Source: Sphagnum compactum
Lineage: Eukaryota
DNA: 64,000 nt
Direction: 5' to 3'
NCBI GenBank assembly: GCA_965153455.1
Contig: OZ234493.1
Location: forward strand, 11,894,213 to 11,958,212
The translations under genes were made by a program, and so were the position numbers. Of this stretch, positions 41,576 through 55,264 are shown in pieces; position 1 is the stretch's first letter; each line of letters begins with the position of its first letter. The notes beneath the pieces are model-generated. The model did not search any database. It saw only the letters and a list, made by a program, of their open reading frames with translations, and had not been told where the DNA came from.

Positions 41576-43397
41576 TCATAATGCTCTTGCTGACAATGGA
41601 ACAGGCACATAGGGAGGAGCATCTTTGAATCGCTGCGTCAACCATGATTGCTGTGGATCAATGAAATCTGGTGATAGAAATTGAGCAGCATCAGAATCTT
41701 GCAATTGGCAAGCCCATGAACAACGCTGAGATTTGTTGCTTCCAGGCCCTGAGCACTTGTACTCTACGTAGCATGCTGTTTTCTCATTGGCTCTGTCATT
41801 CCAGTTGTTCCAACCCACAGGCAGAATGCAAGTATCCATCCAAGTGTAAGCAAAAATGACTCGTGCACATGGTGCCCATGGCCGGCCAAGATGCATGTAC
41901 GGAGCACCACTGCCAATGCCTGTAATCACACATGTCAAAAACACAAAGCCTGTGGTCTCATTCGCATTTCGACGCTGCTGCGCTGTGATGAAGCCATTAG
42001 ACTTGCAGTGGATATGGCAGTGCTCCAACAGCACTTGCCCATTCCCAAAGATGAAATCTACACTTCCCTCAATGTAACAGTCTCTGAAGTAGTGCCTGCC
42101 ATAGTGCAGATAAGCAGTATCCTGCCATCCCAAAAACCGACAGTTATAGAATGCACACCGATCTGCAGTTACTCTGATGGCCACTGCTTGACCTGATCCT
42201 TGAGGTGCGCCATTTTCAAATGTGAGTCCTTGAGCTATGAAATCCTCACCCTCCACAATCACTGAGCCACATGCAAACGTCCCTGTCCCAATCACTCGTG
42301 ATGCCTGGTGATGTTCAATGTTTGTAGCAGTGTTGCTCCATGTAAGAATCGTGTCATGCGCATTTGCTCCCTGCACTTCCACCAGGTCCAAAGACTCAAA
42401 AGCCCAAACTTTCACATGTGCCATGAACTTGCACACAAAATATGATTGAATGATCACAGGGTGCATTTGCTCTCATTTTGAGTCATTCCACAGGTTCAGG
42501 CTATCTCTAGAACCATGGTACAGATCCAAGCATGTACTAGTACATCATCTGGACATGAAAGACTCAAGATGTCATAATTATGTCTTGTGCACTTGGGCAG
42601 CATTGGACCTCCATAAAGTTTTAAGATTCAGCTGCAGCCAATGCAAAGACTCAAACCAGAAAATGCAATGCACATCATAATTAACCAACTGGGAACTAAA
42701 GACTTCAACTCCTTGACTTGGTGAGCCACATTGCCTTGTTTATGGCCTTTAAGAAAGGTGTACACATCCTACAAGACAGGAGCTCCAAGGGTGGGGAACA
42801 AAATTCACTCAGGATTGTCAGGGTACAGAATGTTATTCTTCTTTACAAGAGGAAGAATCACACCTGCAAATCTGCAGTTATGAACCCTAATCCCAAAGGC
42901 AAGAAAGAAATAATTCCTTATTCTACCATCAACGCATGACTGAGAGCTGTCTTCACGACTCATAGGGCGACTTTCCTACTGCGAAGGTGGGATTTACACA
43001 TTTCCTTCAACCTTCAAACCCGATTTTTATTGCAACTGGAATAAAGCTCCCTGTTCAAGATTCAGCACAAAGGCCTGCTGCAGTTTGAATCCAGAACCGG
43101 CTTACACAAACGGAGACAATGAAGCTTTTCTTACAACAACCAAGGCTGCTTGGCAACTGTTGACCATCTACCCACACCCCAGCGACGGTCCAGACCCCTT
43201 TTTACCTGCAACGTGATCAGATTCTTGGTCTTGGGGACGTAAATTGGCTGTCGGTACACTCCAGCGGCAATGCTGATGACAACTCGCTGCGTATTGCAGA
43301 GCGGAACCGCGTCGATCGCCGCCTGCACTGTCAGGTAGTGTCCACTGCCGTCCTGTGCCACACGCACCACCTTCCCAACGCCATGGTTTCCCATCAT
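41576..43397 (-). CDS. PME31: Pectin methylesterase without signal peptide or PMEI pro-region (PME31-type); exons 43397-43206 and 42370-41576, 328 aa
   Basis: VAQDGSGHY, GVYRQP, IEHHQASRVIGTGTF, QAVAIR, QDTAY, DFIFG, LGRPW. One phase-0 GT-AG intron. Confidence 0.93.
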
Positions 43398-46300
43398 TGA
43401 AAAAAAATTCTCCGGAACAGGAACAGAAACAGAAGCCGAGGATGACGATGCAGCAGCAGCAGCAGAAGGAGGAAGTTCAAGCCCGTGCCGCTATTTGTGG
43501 CGATGGCGGCAAAGAGCTCTGCGACCGCAGCAACGGGCGCACGACGACGACGACAACGCCGTGCTTTGATTATGAACAAAATTGACCGTATTCTTGGATG
43601 AAAGTTTCAGAGGCTACCCAATGGATGAAAATAAGTTCAGCCCTGCTTCGTTTGCAGGATTATGGATAAAATTGATCTTATTATTGGATGAAAGCATCAG
43701 ATGCAACCAGATGGATGAAAATATGTTGAGGAAATCCCCCCCCCGACCCCACCCCTGGTATGGTTGTGTTCTTTCTGGACAGTTTTATCACAAATCGACC
43801 CAAAAATAAATAAATAGATTTTTAAAAAAAATGATCAACTAAATAGGTATTAATAAAACTGTAATAATATATTTCAGTCCCAAATGTGCTCAAAATTTAA
43901 GTTAATCTTCTTCTTTTTTTAAACCATGGTGCCTTTGCTTTTTATGTATTTATACAATTTTGCAATTAGAGACCTGGTTTTATTATGTGATTTTGAAAAT
44001 GGATTTAAATAAAAAATCTAGAATTTTATTTTTCAACGGTATTATAATCAAATAACAGTTTTTTAGAAACTTTCGATGATAATTTAAAAAATATACCTTT
44101 CATTTCATTTACCTCTTTTGAAATTGAGAAAATTCTTATAATTGCAAGGGGAATTATATGAAAACCTAAATCCTAAACCCAACAAGTTAATCATTCACTT
44201 TGTATACATTATATTCTATAAAATATCTAACATTATGAAAATGCTTTATTTTTATTATTCATTTTTTTGGGGGTTAAATATCCAAACAATAATTTACTTT
44301 ACAATAATTAAAAATTCCAAGTGAGATGAGAAATTGCAATAGCTCCTCCTATTTGCAATCTATTCAAACCCTTTTTTGGGCAAGTGTTAAGACTTTGTTG
44401 CGCCTTTACTATATCGTTCAACAAATTGTGCCAAAATGTTGGGCTAAAATCATTTTGTTAAGCCAAACCAGCATGTTTCGACTTTTCTTCAGACTAATTT
44501 TAATTTGCAGATCATGTATTGGGCACTACTAAAGCTACGCTAAATTTTTTTTTTAAAAAAAATTGATGCATCGATGGAACTCAACAAACTCACTAATTCG
44601 ATTGAAAAATGAATTCAATAATGAAACTCAAAAAATTTGTTGGATTTGATTGAGAAACTAATCCATTACAATTTCTTGTATCAACCTTCAATATGTAGCT
44701 AAAAATCAATGAGATCATCCAATGGGTGGCAATGATATCCAATGGATGATCCAAAAGGGTTCATCCATTGGACCAATTTTATCCAATGAGATCACCATCC
44801 ATTGGATCATCCAATGTATAAAGGGTTCATTCCAATGTATAAACCCTTTATACTTTCAAGTGATAATGCTCAAGTAGTTAGTAGGTACCTAATATTAAGA
44901 GGGTAATTATCATGTGAAAGCTGGTACATACCTAATTATCATAGGCTACATTTTGAACAATTTCATTTACTCATATCACAACATTATAGTAGGTAATTGA
45001 AAAATTATATAATTTTCAAATTTAAAAAATGAATTCATTTTTTAAAAAATTAAAAATTATTTATTAAAAGTAATATAACTTGTGCTGAAGCTGCCAAGGT
45101 ACTATGATGGGTTACCAAGGTGGAACCATGGTTACTAACACCGAGGTTGACACCATTGCTAAGTTACTAAAATATAGATGTACGGGTAAGAGTGCATCCA
45201 TCCCCCCACAACAATAAAATGGCCTCTAAAATATATTTTGGATGAAGCATATATATATATATATAGCCTTCAAATACTTTGGAAAATGGGGTTTGGACTT
45301 TGGACCTGTAAATTTTTCACAAGAAACAATGGTGTTCACAAGGCCCAGTAAAATAGATTATTTGTAATTAATTAGTTGACAATAATGATTTTTTTATTAT
45401 TATCAATTATTTCTTTTTATATTTTTTGGGCAATTTGGCTATAATGATTGACCCCGGTGGTGTGGTATTCTCTCATTTTTGGAGTGTCCAATTTTTCATA
45501 TTTGTGAGTAAGTTCAATTTTTCATATAATGGGTAAGTTCAATCAAAAGACAATGGAACCACAAAACATAGCTAAGTAACTTTTCTAAACAAATTACATG
45601 TAAATTGAATTTGATGGGGAAAAAAATTACCTTAAATAGTATAGCTAGGTCTCCATTTTTGCCTCTCACAAATTGGTTTCCAAATTCAAGCCAAAATTTG
45701 TATGATCCCAACTCATACATAGATGCAACTAGTGTGGTGGCATGTGTTGTTGGCCCAAGTGTGAACACATTCTTTATTTATGACATTTTCAGGATTGAAG
45801 TTTTTTTAAATTCGACAAAATGTGAACACATTGAGCACTCAACTGATTTTTTCCTTCCAAAAAAACCCAATTTTTGCAATTTGTTTAAACTTCCGAGCAA
45901 CAAAATCCACTCAAAAATCAATATCTTCCACACCTTCTTAGCTCTCAAAATTGTGAAAATAAAACTCTATTAAATCTGACTTGCTGAGAGGGCTTTCCAA
46001 CAACACCAAGAATTCCCCCAAATTCCAACTAATAAAAGTTTTTCGTTTCGATTTTATTTAATTTTCACTGAGAAAATGGTTCAATAATCAATAGCTTCCA
46101 CATGTATGTAGCTCCAAACACTCTAAAAAAAACCAAGTCGATGCACCCGTACTCTACTCATCCGTGGCTTTATGAAGATATGAAGAGTGCGACATGAAGT
46201 GTTGTGATTTGGGAGATCTGAGTTTGACAAACAAAACAAAAACAAGGGGTGTGTGTCAAACGGTGGCCTTGCTATTTACATTAAAAAAGGTATCTCAAGG

Positions 46301-49299
46301 CAAACGAAGAATTAGGAAAACTCAAATATTTCACCATACAAAAATATAATCTTCAAAACCCTCTAAAAGAATCCAAAATCATCCTTCACGATATCTTACA
46401 GATATCCGCAAAGTCACCCTGTCATCACACCCTGCCTTTGGGCCTCCTTTCACCTCCTAACCCATCTTCTAGTGGTATCTGTAAAGTAGGGAAATTTTAT
46501 TAAAACTCAGCGTGAAATGCTGAAACTCAGTAACAAAAATGCTGAAGCTCAACATTTAATGCTCAAGGTTCGTCGAGAGGAACTACAGTAGCTGTACGGG
46601 TAGGAGCAGTGAAAATCTATGTAGCAGCCATGGAGGCGCTCAGGAAAAAAAAGGGAAAGAAAGGGTGAAAACTAATATCAAATTTGATGGTTTTCTGAGT
46701 TTCATTATAACTAATAATCTCAAGTTTCAACAACACAAGCCAAAATATCATCTTTCAAAAATCCTCATATAAAAATAAATAGACCTATTATTATTATTAT
46801 TATTACCTTGGGGCCAAAATCCCTTAAGTTACTATACTCTATAATGAATCTAAACACAAAAACCCTTGCCTTGGTAGGCAACGCCAACAAAATAGCTACA
46901 ATAATGTGGTCACATAGGGAGCCACTTTTGGCTTTGGTTCCTAGGATTTGTGGGGAAAAGAAAAACCCCATTTGGTCCAATGGGATTCTCAAATCTCCAA
47001 ACTAGAGGACCACAAAACAAAACAAAATTTACATGGAACTTTGGGATCACTTTGTAGGAGGAGGATAAATAGCCAGGCCCCATTCATTTATGAACATGGT
47101 TCACATATTTGTGAGGAGATTAAAAAAAATAGAAAGATCTTATTATTTAGGGCCCATTAATTACTTAATGCAAAGTGGGTAACATTAGAAATTACGATTC
47201 CTTCACAAATTTAGTAAAATTTATATAATAAAAAATAATGGTGGTTAACTACCAAACTTGAATGTTCTTTGAGACCATATATTGTAGTATGGGGGCCATT
47301 TCAACACATGTCCGTCAAATAATTAATCAACTTTGAAAAAATCATTTCAACAAATGACTTTTCCTAAATATTCACTCTTTTCCTTCACAATTTTTTTGGT
47401 TTTGGAAGGAATAATTTTTGAAATTTTCAACATTTTTGAAAATAATATAATTAGTGTTGAATTGGCCAAGGTGGTAAGGTATATGCTTGTATCATGGGAA
47501 CCTGTGGTTCTCTGACCCAACAATATTTTTAAAACTTGAAGAGGCAGTTATAACAAAAATTCAATACCTACACATACTGGTTATGATGTTGGGTAGGTAT
47601 TGAAATCTCTGATACCCACTCCAATAGGTAGGTAGGTGGGTAAATAGGGACGACAATAGGTACATAGTTAGTTTCCCATGTATTTCATGTAGGTAGGTGG
47701 TTAGTAGTTGATATCCAGGTAAGCTAATGGGTTGTTAATATGGAGGAAGCACATCAATCTCATAGAACACATTCAAGTTTGTTTTTGCCACATTATATTT
47801 TTAGGCACTATTTTGTGCCATTTTGGCAAGTAAAGATTCGCACTCAAACACAACCCTATTTTTTTTTATTGGAGACATATGCTTTATCCACATGGTCTTG
47901 AATGTTGATGTTTGTATAATTTTTTTAAATTTTAGCTTGGAATGTCAATTAAATGTACACGTACTTGCAACTTTGTGAAAAATAAATCCTTGCATGCATA
48001 AAAATAAAAAAGACATGCACTATCGTGTACTTTTTGAGTTTTGGGTTTAAGGTTTGCAAGGCATTTTGAAAAATGAAATAACTTTCCTTTAACTAATTAA
48101 TTTTCTTTTGTTTATAGGTTCCAAAAATAAAGTGTAGACTATTATTATACAGGGCACACCCATAATTTTTTAAATTGTTCAAAATGGATAAAAAATGAAA
48201 GAACCATGCATGGGTGAAAACACATTAGGGTGTAACAATTTTACACATGTGAAGGTTCATAATCATCCAAATTAACATTATGAAAGCAATGTGAAGGCAT
48301 CATACTTGGAATCACATGAGTCATTTTGAAAGTTGTCATTAAGCATTCATCATTAAAAAAAAATTGATTTTAATTTAATTTGAAAAATGAGCTTCTAAAT
48401 TATTACTTTCACGAAATAAAGGACTTATAAGAAAAACTCATAATTCACGGTACATAAACAAACTTGGTCATCAAAATCTTTCCAAAAAGTCCTCCATGTA
48501 TCAAAGTCATCACACCATATTATCTTTGAATCCTTTATTCATAAAAAAAAACATTAGATGAAATGCATTAAGTTCATATTATTCAATTATGAATTGTTAT
48601 AAGAAAATTTAGTACTTTTCTAAAAGTCCACAAAGTTATGACAATTCAAAAACTATTCATGAAATTCATACAATGCGATTATAACATATGAAACATTGTA
48701 ATGTTGAGTCATTTATCATCTTAATCACTTTTATTTAATTCCATGGCCAATTACAAATCTTGTAATCTTGCAAATTTTGCATTATGATAACATTTTATAG
48801 ATAGTGTAATGTGTAATCACTTGTTACTCCAAAAATTGGGGCTCAAAAACTTGAAAAAACAATCCATCAAACACACATGGCCAAACAATCATATGTTGAC
48901 AAATGGACATTACCTACCCATCACCAAAATGGATGAAAAACAAACAAACAAAATTTTCAAATTGAATATTCATTTAAATTGAGTGTGTGGCTGATATCTA
49001 AATTAATATAGAGTTTAAGAATCAACATTCATGGGCGTGAAAATGTTTCATGAACAATCATGAGGAGAATGAAAATTCACCATCACAAGTTTGTAGGCAC
49101 AAGGTTTTTTTCTTGTAGAACTTTCATTCTATTCACCATGTCCTTCATGTCCACAACTCTCAATGATGTTTCACATTCCAAGCTTGAAGAAATCATGCAT
49201 TTATCCTCCCTCTTGCAATGTTTAGAGGAAGCAAAACCTCATTCATGATTCTTATAAGTTCTTATATTCCCAATGTTTTTTTGTTTTATTCTTTTGGTC

Positions 49300-49910
49300 A
49301 TATTGAATTGTATTCTACACATGGTCTCAAGTTGTGTTCTCCTAATCTCAATGGCCTCAAGATGTGCTCTTCCAATAGTATTGGTGGTCTCAAGTTGTGC
49401 TATTCACCTCATCTCTACGGTCAAGTTGTGTTCTCGTACTCATCTTAGTGGTCTTGAGATTTGTTTTTCGAGTGTTTTTTACAGTTTTGAGTTGTGTTCT
49501 CCTAATCATCTCCATGGTCTCAAAATGTGCTCTTTACCTAGTTTCGATGCTCTTGAAATATGTTTTCCTAATCATTTCAATGGTCTTGAGTTAGCTTTCT
49601 TAGTTATTTTAGTGCTCTTGATATGTGTTTTCCTAATTCATTTAGTGGTTTTCAGATGATCTTTTCACCTGATGTCAATGGTTTCAAATTTTGTTTTTCA
49701 TTTGGTCTTGGAAGTTTTGAATTGTGATCTTTTGGTCATTTCAATGGTCTTGATGGTCTCAAGATATGTTCTTCTGACTATTTCTAATGTAGTTTCAATT
49801 AGTTGTGCTCTTTTGGTTGTCTCAATGATGTCTGTTTTTTTCACCTCATATAGGTGGTTTTGAGTTGTGTTATCCTAATTATTTCAATGGATTTAAAGTA
49901 TGATCTCCTA
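49300..49910. repeat. Degenerate ~33-bp minisatellite (tggtctcaagttgtgttctcctaatcatctcaa-like)
   Basis: Recurring tggtctc/tggtctt cores at 30-33 bp multiples (e.g. 49322, 49352, 49385, 49448, 49515, 49581). Confidence 0.75.
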
Positions 49911-51889
49911 GTTGCATACATTTTTTAATGAAACCTTTTAATGGTTATGTTTAACCCCAAAATCTTAAAATTGGACTTAAAGACACTGATTTTGTTTTAA
50001 GGATGGGACATTTATAATATTGAAAAAAAACCCTAAAAATTGGGGTTTTTACCATGGTGCCAATTACATAGGTGTTTGTGCACCCCAAACAAGGCTAAGG
50101 TGAACCAATATTTACACTAAGACCTTCACCTTCTTGAAGGAGGCCTTTTAGTGGTGGTATTTAACTTGTGAAATGTTAAATTTGGAAAGGAAGACCATGA
50201 TTTCTAGTCTTGGGATGGGATGTTTATTATGTCATAAAGAAAACCAAAAGGAAAAAATGGGGGTTTACCAATGTTCAAGGGCAATTATTTGATTTAATAA
50301 GAATGACAATTTTGGTTCTTCCAAAAGTCAAATTTCTAAGAACCTATTTTTTAATAACCTTTTTGAAATTTCAAATAACCTATTTAGTTCCAACAAATTT
50401 TCCAATTTTTTACTAGATTAATTTTTTTAAGACCTTAAAAATGAAATTGCATTTAATAGTTTTTAAATCTTATATAACCTTGACATGTTTGAAAAATTCA
50501 TTGTTTTAAACTAGATTTTTAACATAAGGTGGCTTCTTTCACATCTTGCACATTAGAATTATGTATAAAGGCCACTTTTGGTATTGAATGACATTAAATT
50601 TACTTTGTCTTCATGCACTTGATGTTTAAAATATATAGATTTGAACAACTTGAATATGATGATGACACTAACAAATAATTATTGGGCAAGGGGTTGTTAG
50701 AATAAACTTATTATAGTTTAGTGGAAACATGTGATTACAACAAAGTTTTGTGTTGCAAATGAAATTTCTTATGTTTTTCCAACCTCAATACTAACTTATT
50801 ATAGTAGCCTCCATTTGGTGTCATATATAATGTAAAATCACCTGACTTTTGCAATGATTACAACATTCGACACAAATAAGCAACCCATAGACATGACTGG
50901 CACAATTGATACATATACCAAGGATAAAGTTGTTCCAACTTGCAACAAATCAAAGGCATTTCAAGCATTTAGTATAATTTTTTTAATATTCACCATCATT
51001 TGTAGTTTTTTATTTTAAAGAAACAGTTCAATGCCTTTACTATACATTAAATTCAGAGAAAAAAAACAAGCACATGCATATAATACTTTATTATCAATGG
51101 TGCCAAATTGTTAAACTACATATTTGATGAACTTTGAGTGTTGCCAAGGCATTTTGGCATTGTTGTCAATATTTGCAAGAAGAAAATCTTACATAAGGTT
51201 TCCCAACCATAGCTCAAATACTACAATGCCACTCAAACAAACATAAAGGGCAAAGTGTAGGTCTTGATTTGATTTATGACACAAAACACTTGTCTATAAA
51301 TGGGTGTCAATAGTTTATAGGTGACGATCAATTGAAAAAAACCTTATGACATTACAATAATTGTTCAACATGGCATGTGCTTTCACATTTAATAAAACAC
51401 AAAGCACCCATCACTTGCACCCATAGAAAATCATAAACTACAAAGTTTAATATTATGCAACATCAATATACAATGCAAGGAGATCTAAAAGTAAAAAAAA
51501 AAGAATGGTTGCATCCAAGTAGATTTAATATGAGTTACCCCTCTTGCAAGTTAATTGTATGGTTTACAAATTGCAAACCAACCCATGAATTAGTGGTTAC
51601 AAATGTGAAAGCAATAAATTGTTTCAACTCATGAAGTGGTTAACTTACAAAAACCTTTAATGTGGCAATTGTGTTCATTTGTATAATAGTGGTTCATCAC
51701 ACTAAATTTAGATCATGAATAAACAAGTTTAATTACATTTAAACAACTCACAGCATGTGACATGTGTAAGAACACTTAACTGAAGTTGTAAAAACATTCA
51801 AATCATTGCATCAATTCATGATTTTTTTTCAAACGCATGATACAAAATTAGTAACACTTGTTCAGTTATAATTGGTCTTCCAGCAATCA

Positions 51890-53480
51890 TGCACATCAAT
51901 TGTTTCCTTATGCTCAAAAACACCTTCAAATTCTTCTTCAAATTCTATCACAACCTTAGCCTTGGGCTCACGACCAAGGTAAAGGCTTACAAAGGTGAGG
52001 GCCAAGAGTGAAGCTCGAGAGTCACATTTCATGTTCTGGGAGTGTAGAAAAGTGTGAGGGAATAAACTCCCACAGTCCCAAGTGAGCTCCCACCTTGTGA
52101 GTTGAAGTTCTAATGGACTTCTGAATTTTCATAGGGCAATTACAGGGGTCAAAACTCATTGGATTGAAAATGTCATTATACCATTGGAAAGATCTTAAAA
52201 TGTAGATGTTTAAAATGGGCTTGCATGTCCCATTTGGGCACTTAAAACATAAGTTATGGCCAAAAGAAGGGTCGAAATTCAAATTGCCAATTTGATTTCC
52301 GACCACTAAAAGTCGGGAATCCCCCTGATTTCCTTGCAGGTGGTGTGCCACATATCGCTAGAAAGCTCTTAACGAAGGCTACAATTTTGCTTTAGACCTC
52401 ACCTCAATTGAAGGTCTGCAAACAAAGTTATGGGCCTCCAAAGTCGCGAGAGTCCTAATTTGGGGAATTTCGAGACTCCAATTTGGGAGTCCCAAGACAA
52501 AATGACATTTGGGTGCTGGCCCCATGGCTAGGCACAGTGAATACTATGAAAGGGAAGGTGGAGGCTTCCCTTAAGTCCGGGCTGTGGTGAGTCTTGTGAA
52601 TCAGTGCACCAAAAGTGCTCTAGCTACGCACTAACCAACTTGTTGTTTGGTTTGTGCACGTCCATGTGAATAATTGACCCACTTGTCACTCGTCTTAGTC
52701 TCAATCCCGGAGCTCCATCACGCCCCCTTACCCGCAAAATGCTACGAACTAGAGAGCGTGCCCAACTCCTTATCCTTTCGTTGTGTTCACCTTTGGACTC
52801 GCAGTTGAATCTATCCAAGAGTTTGGGGGTGCATCAAATTCTTTTGCCAATTTTGCTTTAAGTTCAACCACATCCACCAAGTTTTGTAGACTATTACAAT
52901 TGGACATTAAATCACTAGGCCAATTTTTGTGAACAAAGATCAATCATTCAAGATTGTGAATTTGTAATTTACATCACTGTAAATTGATCAACATATGAAC
53001 AAGGGAGAAAATGCATTCTATCTTTATTTGTGATTTGACAATTCTCTATGCAAAACAAACCCATAGTAAGGAACAAAGCTTTGTGTTTCCTCCACCGTAA
53101 CAATGGACATTTGATGTTATTTGCATCCATATAAAGTCTTTTGAATTGTAACACCTCTTTAGTGACATGGTCCTTTGTTAGGAATCAACAAAAGAAGAAG
53201 AAGTTATTAGATGTGAATGTTGATAATATTTTTAAAATCAAGGTTAGGGTTAGTGATTTTTAATCATAATCCCACACAACTTCAATTGAGCTTCATTGGC
53301 CTCTTTAAGGTCAATGAGAGAAAACATGAAATGAAGGTTTTTGTATTACAAATCCGACATAAAACACATGTTATGAACATTTTGGGCTTAGACATTTGTA
53401 GGAATGAATAAAAAAGACCAAGAAAAAAATGACATGTCTTTTGATATTTCACATGTATTCAACTTTGCCAATTCAACATC
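51890..53480 (-). mobile_element. hAT transposase C-terminal dimerisation-domain remnant, interrupted by the solo LTR
   Basis: IKCPLLRWRKHKALFLTMG and NLE*LIFVHKNWPSD. The frame KLAKEF/EEEFEGVFE rejoins when the LTR and one TSD copy are removed. Confidence 0.7.
51946..52836. mobile_element. Solo LTR (891 bp) with 5-bp target-site duplication AATTC
   Basis: Termini tatcaca...gtgcatca (TG>TA...CA), flanked by aattc at 51941-51945 and 52837-52841. GC-richer than the flanks. Confidence 0.85.
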
Positions 53481-55264
53481 GTACCCACTAGCCATGTCAT
53501 CATTCCATTTAGGGTTGATAAGTGCGACCATCAAAGATCAAAACATTAATTAAAACATATAGTTGCGGTCTAGAAAAAATAAATACCTAGTTTAAATATA
53601 TAAGCACGATTTTCAAAATTTTGAGGAAAAATCAAATAACCATTTAAAATCAAAGAATCACCCATAGATTGGTTTTTACCAACGTGACTTATTTTTTCCC
53701 CCTTCAAAATCAACAATGAAATGGTCTTTCTAAAATTCCCTTTTTCATCTCAAATAGGGCATCAAATAATTTGTCTTTGAATATTTTGAAATTTTCATGT
53801 TACATTTATCCTTAAATTCACCTTGCATTTGGGTCCTTTTTTAACCCCCGCAAACCTTTTTAGAGCCCCAAATGTTATTATTCACAAAAGAGAAATTTTT
53901 ATTAAAATTGAAAGTAAAACATTAGCAATTTTCATTTATTGGACATGTGCATAGTTAAATCACATAAATTCAAGGTGAAATTATTTTTACCAACACAATT
54001 CAAAGTCAATGTACTTTCCTAGCTTTGAATTTTGTTTTGCATTATACACTATTGTCTAGTTCATGGACCTTAAGTCTCGATGCTAACTTTTTATTTATTG
54101 AAGGGAATCTTTGATTTAATCTTGAATGAATTTAAAAAACCTTTGGTTTCGATCATTTTCTTAAAATATTAAAAGTTGGTTGAGTTCAAAACTAGGTCCA
54201 ATTCTATTTCCATTACACAAAATTAAACAAAGTTATTCTTTTTGTGTAGTACTATTTTATTCAACTAGTGCAGCACACAATTCAAAATAGATGTCATGTA
54301 GTTTTAATTATGCATAGCAATCAAAACTAATAACTTGCCTAAAATGGAAGCTCAAATAGGGTATCAAATGATCGAATTTTGAATTTATTTTTTGAAACTT
54401 GCAAGTTATGAATTTGTGTTTGTTTTGGCCATACCCTTATTAGCCTAGTACCTTGGCCAATTCGACATTAATTTTATTATTTTCAGAAATGTTGAAATCT
54501 TCAAAAATTATTTCTTCCAAATCAAAAAAATATTGTGAAAAAAAATAGTGAATATTTAGGAATATTCCATGTGTTGATATGAGAATTTCAAAATTAATTT
54601 AATTATTTGACCCATACTACTACGTTAGTAGGATTCCCAACTTTTAAAATAATGTTCATCTATTATGCATAAGGGTTTTTTTTGAAATACTCAAAACATG
54701 TTTGATTTGATAACTACCTCATATAATGTTAGGGTAACATCATGTACACAAAGCTTAAATTCTTTCGTTCCTTGTTTATTATCACAATTGTGATCTCGTG
54801 CTTGTGGAATTGTAGTTAAAAGGGGGAGCTAGTAAAAGTGGAGATCAAATCTATGAATGCAACAAAAATGAAGAGTGACACTCAAATGTTGGTTGGAATG
54901 TATAATAAGGATTCAAGAACATCTCTCAATGGAAACATGAAAGATTTTGGGTCACATTTTGGGTTTCATCAAATTAGCAAAATACCTACCTAGGCTATGA
55001 GGCTCTTGTATTCGGGTCTTTACAAAACATATATACCACAAAGGAAGGGTCTCTAGGTATTTGGTCGGGGGGCCATTGATCATTGACCAATTTGCAACCC
55101 TTGTAATCCTTGTTGATAACCAATGATTTTCTCAACAACCCATCAACACTAGGAACCAATTTGGACTCATTTGAAGCAAAATTGAATCCTTGAGTTGAAC
55201 CCTAGGGTTTAGGGTTTAGGGTTCTTCAAATCATGAGCTGTCCTTTTTAGGGTTTTATTTTTAG

